A stretch of 64,000 bases of DNA, taken from assembly GCA_038209745.1 (NCBI GenBank), contig JBBQXJ010000007.1, forward strand, positions 15,037 to 79,036. The letters are read 5' to 3'. Origin of the DNA: Verrucomicrobiota bacterium (GTDB lineage: Bacteria; Verrucomicrobiota; Verrucomicrobiia; Limisphaerales; CANJSG01). Below the pieces are notes generated by a model. That model was not told the DNA's origin. It was given only the letters and a program-made list of their open reading frames with translations, and did not search any database. The position numbers and the translations under genes are program-made. Below are positions 50,770 through 60,880 of the stretch, piece after piece; the first letter of the stretch is position 1, and each line of letters begins with the position of its first letter.

Positions 50770-52899
50770 TCACTTCTCGATCCCGATGCTCTTCAGGAAC
50801 GGCTCGATGGAGCGGGGGCGGCCGAGGAACTTCTCGATCGAGACGTTCACGTCCCTCGAACCGCCCGGAGCGTAGATCTCGTCGCGCAGACGACGGCCCG
50901 CGACGGGATCCCAGAAACCTTTCGGAGAGTTCTCGAAGACCGTGGCCATGTCGGCGGAGATGGCGTCGGCCCATGCGTAGCCGTAGTAGCCGGCGTCGTA
51001 GCCGCCGCCCATGTGGCCGAAGTAGGCGATGAAGGCCGAGCCTTCCGGCACCGGTAGATGCACTTCGCTGAGGACGCGGTTGCAGACCGTCTGCAGTTCG
51101 TCCGGCGTGGACGGGACGTTCTCGCCGTGGATGGTGAGATCCATGATCGCGAAGGAAAGCTGGCGGCGGTAGAAGTTGCCCATGGTGGCGAGCTTCGCGG
51201 CCTTGAGCTTCGAGAGGATCTCGGCCGGAATCTTCTTGGAGCGGTCGCGGTAGTCGGCGGCGAAGCTGTCCAGGACCGACTTGTCGTAGACCCAGTTCTC
51301 CAGCATTTGCGACGGTGCTTCGACGAAGTCAGACGGGACGGCGGTGCCGGAGAACCGCACGGTGTTCGCCCGCGTGAGGATCGTATGCATCGCGTGGCCG
51401 AACTCGTGGAAGAGCGTCTCCACCTCGTCGTGCGACATGAGGGAGGGCTTGTCCTTTTGCGGCGGGGGAAAGTTGCAGATCAACGCGGCGGTCGGCCGTT
51501 GGTAGGTGCCGTCGGGCAGGCGCTTGCCATCGACCACGCCGAACTGGGCGAAGTGGTTGTATTTTCCGTCGCGCGGGAACATGTCGAGATAGAGCGCGCC
51601 GAGCGGTTCACCGGTGGCGTGGTCGCGGACGACGAAGAGCTGGACGCCCGGCGCCCAGATGGATTCCGCCGGCGGGGTCACTTCATCGAGGCTGATCCCG
51701 AAGATCGTCTCGTAGACCTTGAACATGCCTTCCAGCGCCGCTTCGTAGGGGAAGAAGTCGCGGAGCGCCTCGGTGTCGATGGTGAACTTCTCCTTCCGCA
51801 ACTGGTTGGCGAAGTAGCGGGTGTCCCAGAGGCGCACCTGCGCGGCGGGGTCGCCGGTCTCCTTCGCCTTGAGGACCTGATACTCCTTCAATTCCGCGTC
51901 GAGTTTCGGCTGGAGACCGACCTTCAAGTCTTCGAGGAACTTCAGCGCGGTCGCCCGGTCCTTGGCCATCTTGGGCTCGATCTGGTAGTCGGCCCAGCTC
52001 TTGTAGCCGAGCTTGTTCGCGATGGTCTTCCGGAGCTGCACCATCTCGGTCATCAACGGGAGGTTGATCTCCTTGGCCAGGTTGTAGTGGGTGTCGATCA
52101 TCCGCCGCCGCACGGCCTCGGATTTCGCGTTGTCCATGACCATCAGGTATTGCGGCGTGACGTTGACCTGGATGGTGAACTCGTCGTCGCCGGTCTTGAT
52201 GCCGTCCTGGCTCAGAAACGCCTCGGGCACGCCGTCGAGCTCGGCCTTGGTGAACTTCAGCGACGCCTTGGCCTTGGTCACGTTCGAGCGGAAATCGGTG
52301 GACTTGTTCTCCAGTTCCTTCCGCAGCCGCTCCACTTCGTCGCGTTGCTCCTTCGGCAAGGCCAGACCGGCGCGCCGGAAGCTGCGCATCGTTTCTTCCA
52401 ACAGCTTCTCGTCTTCGCCTTCGAGCTTCGGCTTGGAGTCCGAGAACGCCTTGATGGCGGCGTAGACGTCCTCCCGGTAGTCGAGGCCGACATACCAGTT
52501 CTGGATCTTCTTGATCGCGCCGGTGGCCGCTTCGCGCAGGGCGGCGTCGGGGGAAGTCTCCTTCAACAGACCGAGCCGGTTGGAGGCCAACCCGGCGCGG
52601 AACAGCACCTCGTCCAGCGCCAGCGTGGTGTTCGCTTCGGTCACGGCGGCAGGTTGGACGCGGCCGATGACGTCGAGCGCGGCGTTGCCCTCGGCGATGG
52701 CCTGGTCCGCCGCCGCGAGAATGGCGTTCGTCGTGGTTTCGAAGACCGGGAGGGTCAGCCGATCATGGAAACCAACGGCCTTCGCCTGATACTCGGCGAA
52801 GTTCCCTGGCGCGACGACCCGGTCGGTCCGGTCGGTGGAATCGGTCTGGCAACCCGTGATGGTGGCGACGGTCATGAGCGTGATCAATTGGCGATACAT
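50770..52899 (-). CDS. M3 family zinc metallopeptidase (oligopeptidase A / Dcp-like), lipoprotein
   Basis: HEFGHAMH zinc motif with a downstream E. The N-terminus MYRQLITLMTVATITGC gives a lipobox. 709 aa. Confidence 0.9.
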   Translation of the reverse strand: MYRQLITLMTVATITGCQTDSTDRTDRVVAPGNFAEYQAKAVGFHDRLTLPVFETTTNAILAAADQAIAEGNAALDVIGRVQPAAVTEANTTLALDEVLFRAGLASNRLGLLKETSPDAALREAATGAIKKIQNWYVGLDYREDVYAAIKAFSDSKPKLEGEDEKLLEETMRSFRRAGLALPKEQRDEVERLRKELENKSTDFRSNVTKAKASLKFTKAELDGVPEAFLSQDGIKTGDDEFTIQVNVTPQYLMVMDNAKSEAVRRRMIDTHYNLAKEINLPLMTEMVQLRKTIANKLGYKSWADYQIEPKMAKDRATALKFLEDLKVGLQPKLDAELKEYQVLKAKETGDPAAQVRLWDTRYFANQLRKEKFTIDTEALRDFFPYEAALEGMFKVYETIFGISLDEVTPPAESIWAPGVQLFVVRDHATGEPLGALYLDMFPRDGKYNHFAQFGVVDGKRLPDGTYQRPTAALICNFPPPQKDKPSLMSHDEVETLFHEFGHAMHTILTRANTVRFSGTAVPSDFVEAPSQMLENWVYDKSVLDSFAADYRDRSKKIPAEILSKLKAAKLATMGNFYRRQLSFAIMDLTIHGENVPSTPDELQTVCNRVLSEVHLPVPEGSAFIAYFGHMGGGYDAGYYGYAWADAISADMATVFENSPKGFWDPVAGRRLRDEIYAPGGSRDVNVSIEKFLGRPRSIEPFLKSIGIEK

Positions 52900-53071
52900 G
52901 GGCGGAAACCCTTAAAAAGTTGCGCAAGCTTGGTCGCGGCCAAGCGGCTTGTCGAGCGGCGGGCGGGCGGCTGTCGGCTGAATGGGCGACATGTCCCCGG
53001 ACAAAGATTCCGCTGGAGACGCGCCGGGTTGAATCTATTCTCGGCGCACACGTCACACCCAGCGATTCATC

Positions 53072-55429
53072 ATGCGCGCATTCCCAACCCACCACTTCAC
53101 CCGGACGCTTTCCTTTGCTTTGGCCTTGGCGGCGGCGCCGATTCTCCATGCAGCCGACTCCCCGGAGCAGGTCTACGGACCGTTCTGGTCCGGCACCATC
53201 ATGTCCGGCAAAACCCCGGTCGCGAACAAGGGCATGGCCGTCATTCTCGGCGCCAACAAGGACGCCTACATGGTCTATGACCTCGACACCATGCGGATGG
53301 CCGCGGCGTGGACGGGCGACTTCCTGAACTTCGGCAACTCCGTGACCAAGATCGAATGGCCCCAGCCGCCCCAGGTGAAAGGGATGATCCAAGTCTCTTC
53401 CGCCGAAGGTCCCGGCTGGGCCGACACGAAAGGCAGCTTCACCGATCCCCGCGAACGCCAGCAGGGCCCCATGCCCAAGAATTGGCTCCACTACGAGGGC
53501 GCCTATGTGAACGCCGGACGCGTGATCCTGAGCTACCAGATCGACGGCACTTCTGTGCTCGAACTGCCCGGAGTTGAGACCGTCGGCGGCCACACCGTCT
53601 TCACCCGCACGATCCAGTTCCTCGGCAATGCCCGCGACGTCGCCCTGCTCGTGGCCACCGGCAATGAAGCCAAGGCCCTCGTCCACGGCAACACCGGCTC
53701 GATGTCGGTGAAGCTCGGTTCCGACAAGACCCTCACGTTCTCCGGAGAGGGCGCCAACCCCGTCCTGTGGGATTCGGACAACGGCCATGTCGTGGTCAAG
53801 ATCCCCAAAGTCGCCCGCAACTCCGTCATCCGCATCGCCACGATGGCGTCCGGTTCCGCGCCCGCCGACGCGGTCCTCCCGTCGCTGCCGCCAATGACCA
53901 AGGACCTTCGCCCATTGCTCAAAGGCGGCCCCGCCCGTTGGAACGAAAACATCACATCCACCGGAACGCTCGGCACCGAGGACGGCGCCTATCAGGTCGA
54001 CACGATCACGGAGCCGTTTCCGAATCCCTACAAGACCCGCACCTTCTGGGGCGGCTTCGACTTCCTGCCCGACGGACGCGCCGTCATCTGCGCCTGGCAT
54101 GGCGACGTCTGGATCGTTTCCGGCGTCGACGCCAAGCTCGACAAGCTGACCTGGAAACGGTTCGCCACCGGCCTCTTCCAACCCCTCGGCGTGAAGGTCC
54201 AGAAGGGCAAGATCTACGTCGTCGGCCGCGACCAGATCACCGAACTCGAGGACCTCAACGGCGACGGCGAGGCGGACTTCTACCGGAACTTCAACAACGA
54301 CACCACGGTCACCCCGAACTACCACGAGTTCGTCCTCGATCTCCACACCGATCCGCAGGGCAACTTCTACTTCGCCAAGGGCGCCGCGTGGCCGCCCGAC
54401 ACCCAGTCCCCTTCCCAGGGCACGCTCAACAAGGTCTCGCCCGACGGCAAGAAGCTGGAGGTCATCGCCACCGGTTTCCGCGCCCCCAACGGCATGACCG
54501 TCGGCCCCGACGGCACCATCCTCACCGGAGACAACCAGGGACATTGGATGCCCTCCTCCAAGCTCAACCTCATCAAGAAAGGCGGCTTCTACGGCATGGT
54601 CCCGACCGCGCACCGTGAACTGAAGCTCCGCTACCAGGACGGCAAGGAGATCACGACCGATCCCAGCCTCCCGGAAGACCGCGCCAAGTACGGCCTCAAG
54701 GGCTTCGAAGGCGCGATGCCGATCCCCGAAAGCTACGACCAGCCGGTCGCGTGGGTGCCCATGCGCTGGGACAACTCCTCCGGCGGCCAAGTCTACGTCA
54801 CCAGCAAGAAGTGGGGCCCTTGGGACGGCATGCCGCTCTTCATGAGCTACGGCAAGTGCCTCCTCTACGGCGTGATGATGGACAATGTCGACGGCACCGA
54901 CCAGGCCACCCTGACTCCGTTCGGTCTCAAGTTCGCCAGCGGCATCATGCGCGGCCGCACGAATCCGAAGGACGGCCAGCTCTACTTCTGCGGCCTCAAG
55001 GGCTGGCAGAACTCCGCCAGCCGCGACGGTGGCTTCTACCGGGTGCGCTACACCGGCAAGCCGGTAGAAATGCCGATCAAGACCCACGTCGCCGCCAACG
55101 GCATCCAGATCACCTTCAGCGACGCCCTGGACGCCAAAGCCGCCATGGATCCGGAAAACTACGGGGTCGAACTGTGGAACTACTACTACAGCGGCAACTA
55201 CGGTTCGCCCGAGTTGAGCGTGAAGACCCCCGGCAAACAGGGTCACGACCGCCTGGAAGTCACCGGGGCGACCTTGTCCGCCGACAAGAAGACCGTCTTC
55301 CTGAAGGTCAACGGCCTCCAACCGGCCGACCAGTTCTCGGTGAAATACCTCCTCAAGTCGGCGACGGGCGCCGAGCTCAGCTCCGAGCTCATCGGCACCA
55401 TCCACAAGCTCGGCAAACCGATCGAGTGA
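53072..55429 (+). CDS. Secreted beta-propeller protein of the PVC 'membrane-bound dehydrogenase domain' type (SGL/sugar-dehydrogenase-like), without a CxxCH haem motif
   Basis: Signal peptide ...LSFALALAAAPILHA. N-terminal DUF-like region (MVYDLDTMRMAAAWTGDFLNF) and propeller segments (GFRAPNGMTVGPDG, GDNQGHWMP). No CxxCH was seen. Confidence 0.55.
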   Translation: MRAFPTHHFTRTLSFALALAAAPILHAADSPEQVYGPFWSGTIMSGKTPVANKGMAVILGANKDAYMVYDLDTMRMAAAWTGDFLNFGNSVTKIEWPQPPQVKGMIQVSSAEGPGWADTKGSFTDPRERQQGPMPKNWLHYEGAYVNAGRVILSYQIDGTSVLELPGVETVGGHTVFTRTIQFLGNARDVALLVATGNEAKALVHGNTGSMSVKLGSDKTLTFSGEGANPVLWDSDNGHVVVKIPKVARNSVIRIATMASGSAPADAVLPSLPPMTKDLRPLLKGGPARWNENITSTGTLGTEDGAYQVDTITEPFPNPYKTRTFWGGFDFLPDGRAVICAWHGDVWIVSGVDAKLDKLTWKRFATGLFQPLGVKVQKGKIYVVGRDQITELEDLNGDGEADFYRNFNNDTTVTPNYHEFVLDLHTDPQGNFYFAKGAAWPPDTQSPSQGTLNKVSPDGKKLEVIATGFRAPNGMTVGPDGTILTGDNQGHWMPSSKLNLIKKGGFYGMVPTAHRELKLRYQDGKEITTDPSLPEDRAKYGLKGFEGAMPIPESYDQPVAWVPMRWDNSSGGQVYVTSKKWGPWDGMPLFMSYGKCLLYGVMMDNVDGTDQATLTPFGLKFASGIMRGRTNPKDGQLYFCGLKGWQNSASRDGGFYRVRYTGKPVEMPIKTHVAANGIQITFSDALDAKAAMDPENYGVELWNYYYSGNYGSPELSVKTPGKQGHDRLEVTGATLSADKKTVFLKVNGLQPADQFSVKYLLKSATGAELSSELIGTIHKLGKPIE

Positions 55430-55537
55430 TCCGGCGAAACCGATCCTAGGATTCGACACAAGGGCGAGCTTCGGCCCGCCCTTTTCATTTCGCAACCCAG
55501 ACTCGTTCTCACCACGCCCGAGGCCTACAGCGAAGGG

Positions 55538-55891
55538 TCATCGGCCGGCGAAATACCCCGCGACGCCGGCCCGAAGCATCGCCACCAGTTCTTCATCCAT
55601 GAACCGGTAGTCGTCGGAAATACCAAGGCAGACGATCTCGCGCGAATCCGCCGCCTCAGGAAACCGCTCCCGCAGGATCTCCCCGTGGCGTTTCTCCATC
55701 ACAAAGACCACGTCGGCCCACAACAGCAGCTTCTCCGAAACGCGGATGCGCGCCTGCTCCGAAGTGCCGGCCGACCGCACCTGCCAGCCGGGCGTGCTTT
55801 GAAAAATTTCCTCGGCCGTCCGGCTGCGCCATTGGTTGCGGCTGCAGATGAAGAGGAGCTTGAGCGGGTCGGTCATTCGGAATCGGCGCAT
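55538..55891 (-). CDS. Low-molecular-weight phosphotyrosine phosphatase-like protein
   Basis: LLFICSRNQWRSRTAE contains the CX5R(S) P-loop. 117 aa. Confidence 0.65.
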   Translation of the reverse strand: MRRFRMTDPLKLLFICSRNQWRSRTAEEIFQSTPGWQVRSAGTSEQARIRVSEKLLLWADVVFVMEKRHGEILRERFPEAADSREIVCLGISDDYRFMDEELVAMLRAGVAGYFAGR

Positions 55892-55907
55892 CCTCTCACG
55901 GACTTTC

Positions 55908-56006
55908 GTAGGCCGAGCATCCCTGCCCGGCCAGTCGATGGTCTGATCCGCGTGTTCCTGGACGTGCCTGTTTCGGAAACTTGCCGGGCAGGGATGCCCG
56001 GCCTAC
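55908..56006. repeat. Long inverted repeat (24-nt arms, about 51-nt spacer)
   Basis: GTAGGCCGAGCATCCCTGCCCGGC (55908-55931) against GCCGGGCAGGGATGCCCGGCCTAC (55983-56006), 23 of 24 complementary. The right arm overlaps the stop codon of the prolyl oligopeptidase gene. Confidence 0.7.
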
Positions 56007-58156
56007 GGCTTCGGCGCGGCGACCCGCATTCCCAAATTCTTATAGAGGAAGGCCCATTTGTCGGCGGATTCCTCGATGAGCTTGCCGGTGGGCTTGCCGG
56101 CGCCGTGGCCGGCTTTGGTCTCGATGCGGATGAGCACCGGGGCGTCGCCGGTCTGCACGGCTTGGAGGCGGGCCGCATACTTGAAACTATGGGCCGGGAC
56201 CACCCGGTCGTCATGGTCGCCGGTGGTGACCATGATCGCGGGATAATGCGTGCCGGGCTTGAGGTTGTGATAGGGCGAAATGGCGAAGAGCGGTTTGAAG
56301 TCCGCCGCGTCGTCGGGCGTGCCGTAGTCGCTGGTCCAGGCCCAGCCGATGGTGAACTTGTGGAAGCGGAGCATGTCCATCACTCCCACGGCCGGGAGAC
56401 CGGCGGCGAAGAGATCGGGCCGTTGGTTGATGACCGCGCCGACGAGGAGGCCGCCGTTGCTGCCGCCCATGAGCGCGAGCTTCTTCGGATTCGTGATCTT
56501 CTCCTTCACGAGGAATTCCGCCGCCGCGATGCAGTCGTCGAAGACGTTTTGCTTGGTGTGTTTGGTGCCGGCCTTGTGCCATTCCTCGCCGTATTCGCCG
56601 CCGCCCCGGAGATTGACCACCGCGTAGACGCCGCCGAGCTCCAGCCAACCGGCGACCGAGGCGGAGAAACCGGGAGTGAGGCTGATACTGAAGCCGCCGT
56701 AGCCGTAGAGCAGCGTCGGATTCGCCCCGTCGAACTTCAGCCCTTTCCGTGCCGTGATGAACATCGGGATGCGCGTGCCGTCCTTGCTCGGGAAGAAGAC
56801 CTGGCGGGTTTCGTAGTCCTCGGATTTGAAGGGCAGACTGGGCTTGCGGTAGACGGTGGTCTCACCGGTCTTGAGGTCGAGCCGGTAGCTGGTGGCCGGC
56901 GTGGTGTAGCTCGAGTAGCTGAAGAAGGTTTCGGCGTCCGTCCGTTCGCCACCAAACCCACCGGCGCTGCCGATGCCGGGCAATTTGACTTCGCCGAGCG
57001 GCTTGCCGTCGAAACGGGCCGTCTTCACCACGCTGTGGGCGTCCTGCAGGTAGTTCAGGGTGAATCGACCGCCCACGGTGCTCACGCCCTCCAGTTTGTC
57101 GGAGGTCTGCGGGATCAATTCCTTCCAGTTCACCCGCTCGGGCTGGGTCGTGTCGATGGCGATGACGCGGTTGCGGGGCGCGACCAGATCGGTGCGGAAC
57201 CAGAAGACCGGGCCTTCATTGTCCACGAAGCTGTAGTCCGCGTCGAAGTCCGTCAGCAAGGGCTTCACCTTCCAGTCCGGGTCCGCCAGCTCGGCGTAGA
57301 AGACGCGGTTCTTGGGATCCGTGCCCTGCGACGCGGTGATGATCAAGTAGAGGCCGTCGTCGGTGACGTCGCCGCCGAAGTTCCATTCCTTCTCGTCCGG
57401 GCGTTGATAGACCAATCGATCCTCCGACTGTGCGGCGCCGAGTTTGTGGAAGTAGAGTTTGTGGTAGTAGTTCGCCTTCGAAAGCTTCGTCTCCTCCGTC
57501 GGAGCATCGTAGCGGCTGTAGAAGAAGCCGCTGCCGTCCTTCAGCCAGGAGGCGCCGGAGAACTTCACCCATTCGATCTTGTCCGGCAGATCCCTGCCCG
57601 TCTCCACGTCCCGGACGAACCACTCCTGCCAGTCGGAGCCGGACCGCGAAACACCGTAGGCCAGAAGCTTGCCGTCTTTGGAAACCGTCGTGCCGGACAG
57701 AGCCACCGTACCGTCGGCGGACAGCGTGTTCGGATCGAGCAACACCTTCTGCTCGGCGGTCAACGAATCCACGGTGTAGAGGACGGCTTGGTTCTGCAGA
57801 CCGGAATTGCGGCTGATGAAGTAGCGTGCTCCGTGTTTGGACGGCAGGCCGAAACGCTCGTAGTTCCAGAGTTCTTCCAATCGATGCCGGATCCGCTCGC
57901 GTTCGGGGATGGTTGCGAGATAGGCGAAGGTCACCTTGTTCTCCGCTTCCACCCAGGCCTTCGTCTCCGCCGCGTTGTCGTCCTCCAGCCAGCGATAAGG
58001 ATCGGCCACTTCGACGCCGTGGAGGGTTTCGACGAAATTGGTGCGACGGGCTTCGGGATACTTCAAGGGAACGGAGGCGGCTTGGGACATGGAACAGATT
58101 CCGGCGGCGACGATCAGGACGCCGGCGGCACGAATGGAGAAAGGCGGGATTGCCAC
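56003..58156 (-). CDS. Prolyl oligopeptidase (S9A family), secreted
   Basis: DPYRWLEDD, catalytic GGSNGGLL, and a C-terminal D/H region (TGDHDDRV, GHGAG). I prefer GTG 58154-58156, which gives the signal peptide (M)AIPPFSIRAAGVLIVAAGICSMSQA. The track ORF extends to 58258. Confidence 0.88.
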   Translation of the reverse strand: MAIPPFSIRAAGVLIVAAGICSMSQAASVPLKYPEARRTNFVETLHGVEVADPYRWLEDDNAAETKAWVEAENKVTFAYLATIPERERIRHRLEELWNYERFGLPSKHGARYFISRNSGLQNQAVLYTVDSLTAEQKVLLDPNTLSADGTVALSGTTVSKDGKLLAYGVSRSGSDWQEWFVRDVETGRDLPDKIEWVKFSGASWLKDGSGFFYSRYDAPTEETKLSKANYYHKLYFHKLGAAQSEDRLVYQRPDEKEWNFGGDVTDDGLYLIITASQGTDPKNRVFYAELADPDWKVKPLLTDFDADYSFVDNEGPVFWFRTDLVAPRNRVIAIDTTQPERVNWKELIPQTSDKLEGVSTVGGRFTLNYLQDAHSVVKTARFDGKPLGEVKLPGIGSAGGFGGERTDAETFFSYSSYTTPATSYRLDLKTGETTVYRKPSLPFKSEDYETRQVFFPSKDGTRIPMFITARKGLKFDGANPTLLYGYGGFSISLTPGFSASVAGWLELGGVYAVVNLRGGGEYGEEWHKAGTKHTKQNVFDDCIAAAEFLVKEKITNPKKLALMGGSNGGLLVGAVINQRPDLFAAGLPAVGVMDMLRFHKFTIGWAWTSDYGTPDDAADFKPLFAISPYHNLKPGTHYPAIMVTTGDHDDRVVPAHSFKYAARLQAVQTGDAPVLIRIETKAGHGAGKPTGKLIEESADKWAFLYKNLGMRVAAPKP

Positions 58157-58338
58157 GGCCGAAGACCGTAGCCGCGACGCCCTCGCTGGCAATGCCACAT
58201 GAGGGGGACTTGCGGAATGACGAAGACCGAAGACCAAATCCCTAAACGAGTCGCCCATCGTTCGGGCTTTGACCTTCGGTCTTCGTCATTTTCTACGTTC
58301 CTTGACCACACCCCGGTCGCGCGGCCAATCATCCCGCC

Positions 58339-59337
58339 ATGGTTCGCTCGTTCGCCTACACCACGCAGGGCCGGCTGCACACGAAGGACATCGAGATGTT
58401 CCTGATGCCGACGCTGTTGGAGGACACCAATCTCTTCCTCTGGGTCGACCTGGAAGGTCCCTCGTCCGAGGAAACGAAGTTCATCCTCGAAGACGTGTTC
58501 CGTTTCCACCCCTTGTCCATCGAGGACTGCGTGACGGTCAGCCCATCCCCCAAGGTCGAGGAATACACCCCGAAGGAAAACGACCGCTTCTCCTCCTATC
58601 TCTTCATGGTCATCCATGCCGTGGACTACCATCGCAAGGACGGCGTCTTCGGCACCAGCGAGCTCAACTTCTTCCTCGGAAAGAACTTCCTCGTCACCTT
58701 CCACGAAAAGCCCCTCCGCTCGGTCCACACCGTCGAGGAAAGTTGCATCAACGGCACCCAGCACATCGCCCGCGCCCCGGACCGGGTCGCACACAGCCTG
58801 CTCGACGCCATCGTGGAAAACTACAAGCCGGCGCTGGAGGAACTCTCCGAGGAGATCTCCGACCTCGAACAACTGGCGCTGACCAACCCGACCAAGGACA
58901 CCCTGAACAAGATCCTCCTGATCAAGAAGGAGGTGCTGCATCTCCGGCAGATCATCGGCCCCCAGCGCGAGGTCCTCGCGCGTTTCGCCCGCGGGGAATT
59001 CAAGATGATCCGGCCACATCTCGTGCCGTATTACCGGGACGTCTACGACGGCCTCCATCACATCTCCGAACTCTCGCAGAACTACACCGACTCGCTCACC
59101 GGCATTCTCCAGGTCTACCTCAACATGTCGTCCAACCAGACGGGCGAAGTGGTGAAGCTGCTGACCCTGATAACCCTGATCACCACGCCCGCGATGTTGA
59201 TCGCGGGCTGGTATGGAATGAACTTCGAGGGCATGAGCGAGCTCCGCTGGAAGCACGGCTACATGGTGGCGGTGGTCGCCACGGCCGTGTCCACCGTGCT
59301 GACCTATCTGTGGTTCAAACGGAAAAAATGGCTCTGA
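58339..59337 (+). CDS. corA: Magnesium/cobalt transporter CorA
   Basis: YGMNF (GMN motif) before the last TM helix, two C-terminal TM helices, 332 aa. Confidence 0.92.
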   Translation: MVRSFAYTTQGRLHTKDIEMFLMPTLLEDTNLFLWVDLEGPSSEETKFILEDVFRFHPLSIEDCVTVSPSPKVEEYTPKENDRFSSYLFMVIHAVDYHRKDGVFGTSELNFFLGKNFLVTFHEKPLRSVHTVEESCINGTQHIARAPDRVAHSLLDAIVENYKPALEELSEEISDLEQLALTNPTKDTLNKILLIKKEVLHLRQIIGPQREVLARFARGEFKMIRPHLVPYYRDVYDGLHHISELSQNYTDSLTGILQVYLNMSSNQTGEVVKLLTLITLITTPAMLIAGWYGMNFEGMSELRWKHGYMVAVVATAVSTVLTYLWFKRKKWL

Positions 59338-59363
59338 CCACCGCCCCGTCCTGATTTCACCAC

Positions 59364-60608
59364 ATGCCCGCAAAACCCAGCTTTCTCGACCGCGTCCTCG
59401 GCCGCATCGGCCGTCTGGATCCCCAGGGCCTCCAGACCGTCGTCGAGCGGCTGGCCCGGGAACGCAGCTTCCTAGAAATGCTGTTCGACACCATCGAAGA
59501 CGGCGTCCTGGTGGTGGATGAACAGGGCCGGGTGCTCTACTTCAACCAGGGCGCGGTCAAGCTGCTCAATCTCCCCGCCGACAACGTCGAGGGCCAGCCC
59601 GTCACCCGCTTCCTCCCCGAGCTCGACTGGAAACGCCTGGCCAAGCTCGACGCCAAGGGCGGCAACCGCGTCGCCCGGCACGAGTTCGAGATCAGCTACC
59701 CGGAGCGCCGCTTCGTCCGTCTCTACGCCGCTCCTTTGGATGGCGAGGCCATCGGCAGCTCCGGAGTCGCCCTGATCCTGCACGACGCCACTGAAGCGCG
59801 GCAGCAGACCTTCGAGGCCATCGAGAGCGAACGCATCCAGGCCCTCACGCTTCTCGCGGCCAGTGTCGCGCACGAGATCGGCAATCCGCTCAACGCCCTC
59901 CACATCCACCTCCAGTTGATGTCCCGCGAGAGCCGCAAGCTCCGGCAGACCCTGGCCGAGCCCGTCTCCCCGCCAGCCAGAACCTCGGGGAAGAATCCAC
60001 CCCTCCGCCATGAATCCACCGAATCGCTCGACAAATTCGACCAATATCTGGACGTGGCGAAAGGCGAGATCACCCGGCTCGACTACATCATCACGCAGTT
60101 CCTCCAGGCCATCCGGCCGACCAAGCCCAAGCTCCAGCCCGCTTCCCTGAACGACGTCGTCGCCGAGACGCTCGAACTGCTCCGGCCGGAGCTGGAAAAC
60201 CGCGGCATCTCCATCAACAGCCAATGCGCGCGCCGCCTCGCGCTCGCGCCGATCGATCCAGGACAGATCAAGCAGGCTCTGGTCAACCTGGCCAAAAACG
60301 CCATGCAGGCCATGACGAAGGGCGGCGCGCTCACCCTCGCCACCGGGGAGACCTCCGACGCCGTCTGGGCCAGCGTGAGCGACACGGGCGGCGGCATCCC
60401 GCAGGAACAGATCAACCGCATCTTCGAACCGTTCTACACGACGAAGCAGAAGGGCTCGGGCCTTGGGCTCATGATCGTCCAGCGCATCCTCCGGGAACAT
60501 GGCGGCCGGGTGGAACTGGAGAGCAACCTCGGCCAAGGCACCCTCTTCCGACTGTGGTTTCCTCTGGCCGAGCCGAAACCAAAACTCCTCCAAGGCCCGC
60601 CCGGATGA
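59364..60608 (+). CDS. PAS-domain sensor histidine kinase (soluble, NtrB/AtoS-like)
   Basis: PAS (LEMLFDTIEDGVLVVDEQGRVLYFN), H-box SVAHEIGNPLNAL, N box NLAKNAMQA, G boxes DTGGGI and GSGLGL. Confidence 0.85.
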   Translation: MPAKPSFLDRVLGRIGRLDPQGLQTVVERLARERSFLEMLFDTIEDGVLVVDEQGRVLYFNQGAVKLLNLPADNVEGQPVTRFLPELDWKRLAKLDAKGGNRVARHEFEISYPERRFVRLYAAPLDGEAIGSSGVALILHDATEARQQTFEAIESERIQALTLLAASVAHEIGNPLNALHIHLQLMSRESRKLRQTLAEPVSPPARTSGKNPPLRHESTESLDKFDQYLDVAKGEITRLDYIITQFLQAIRPTKPKLQPASLNDVVAETLELLRPELENRGISINSQCARRLALAPIDPGQIKQALVNLAKNAMQAMTKGGALTLATGETSDAVWASVSDTGGGIPQEQINRIFEPFYTTKQKGSGLGLMIVQRILREHGGRVELESNLGQGTLFRLWFPLAEPKPKLLQGPPG

Positions 60609-60880
60609 ACCTCCCGTCCGGCACTCGCCAAACCACCGTCCCGGCACTCCTCGCGCTCGGGTCGTTGTTCGAGCTGATCGGCCGGGCAGAGCGCATCGTG
60701 GACGGGTTCAGCAATCCTTGAGGCAAAACAGGTCGAGCCGCATGCCCTCGAACCGGTCTTGCCAGCGACCAAGGAGTCTCTAGCTTCCTTCAGTGGTTCA
60801 TCCCAATTCATGAAACAGGGCGGCCGCAATTTTCATTGCGGCCTTTCCCGAAACGGAATCAACCAAGTTTCTCTGGATCA

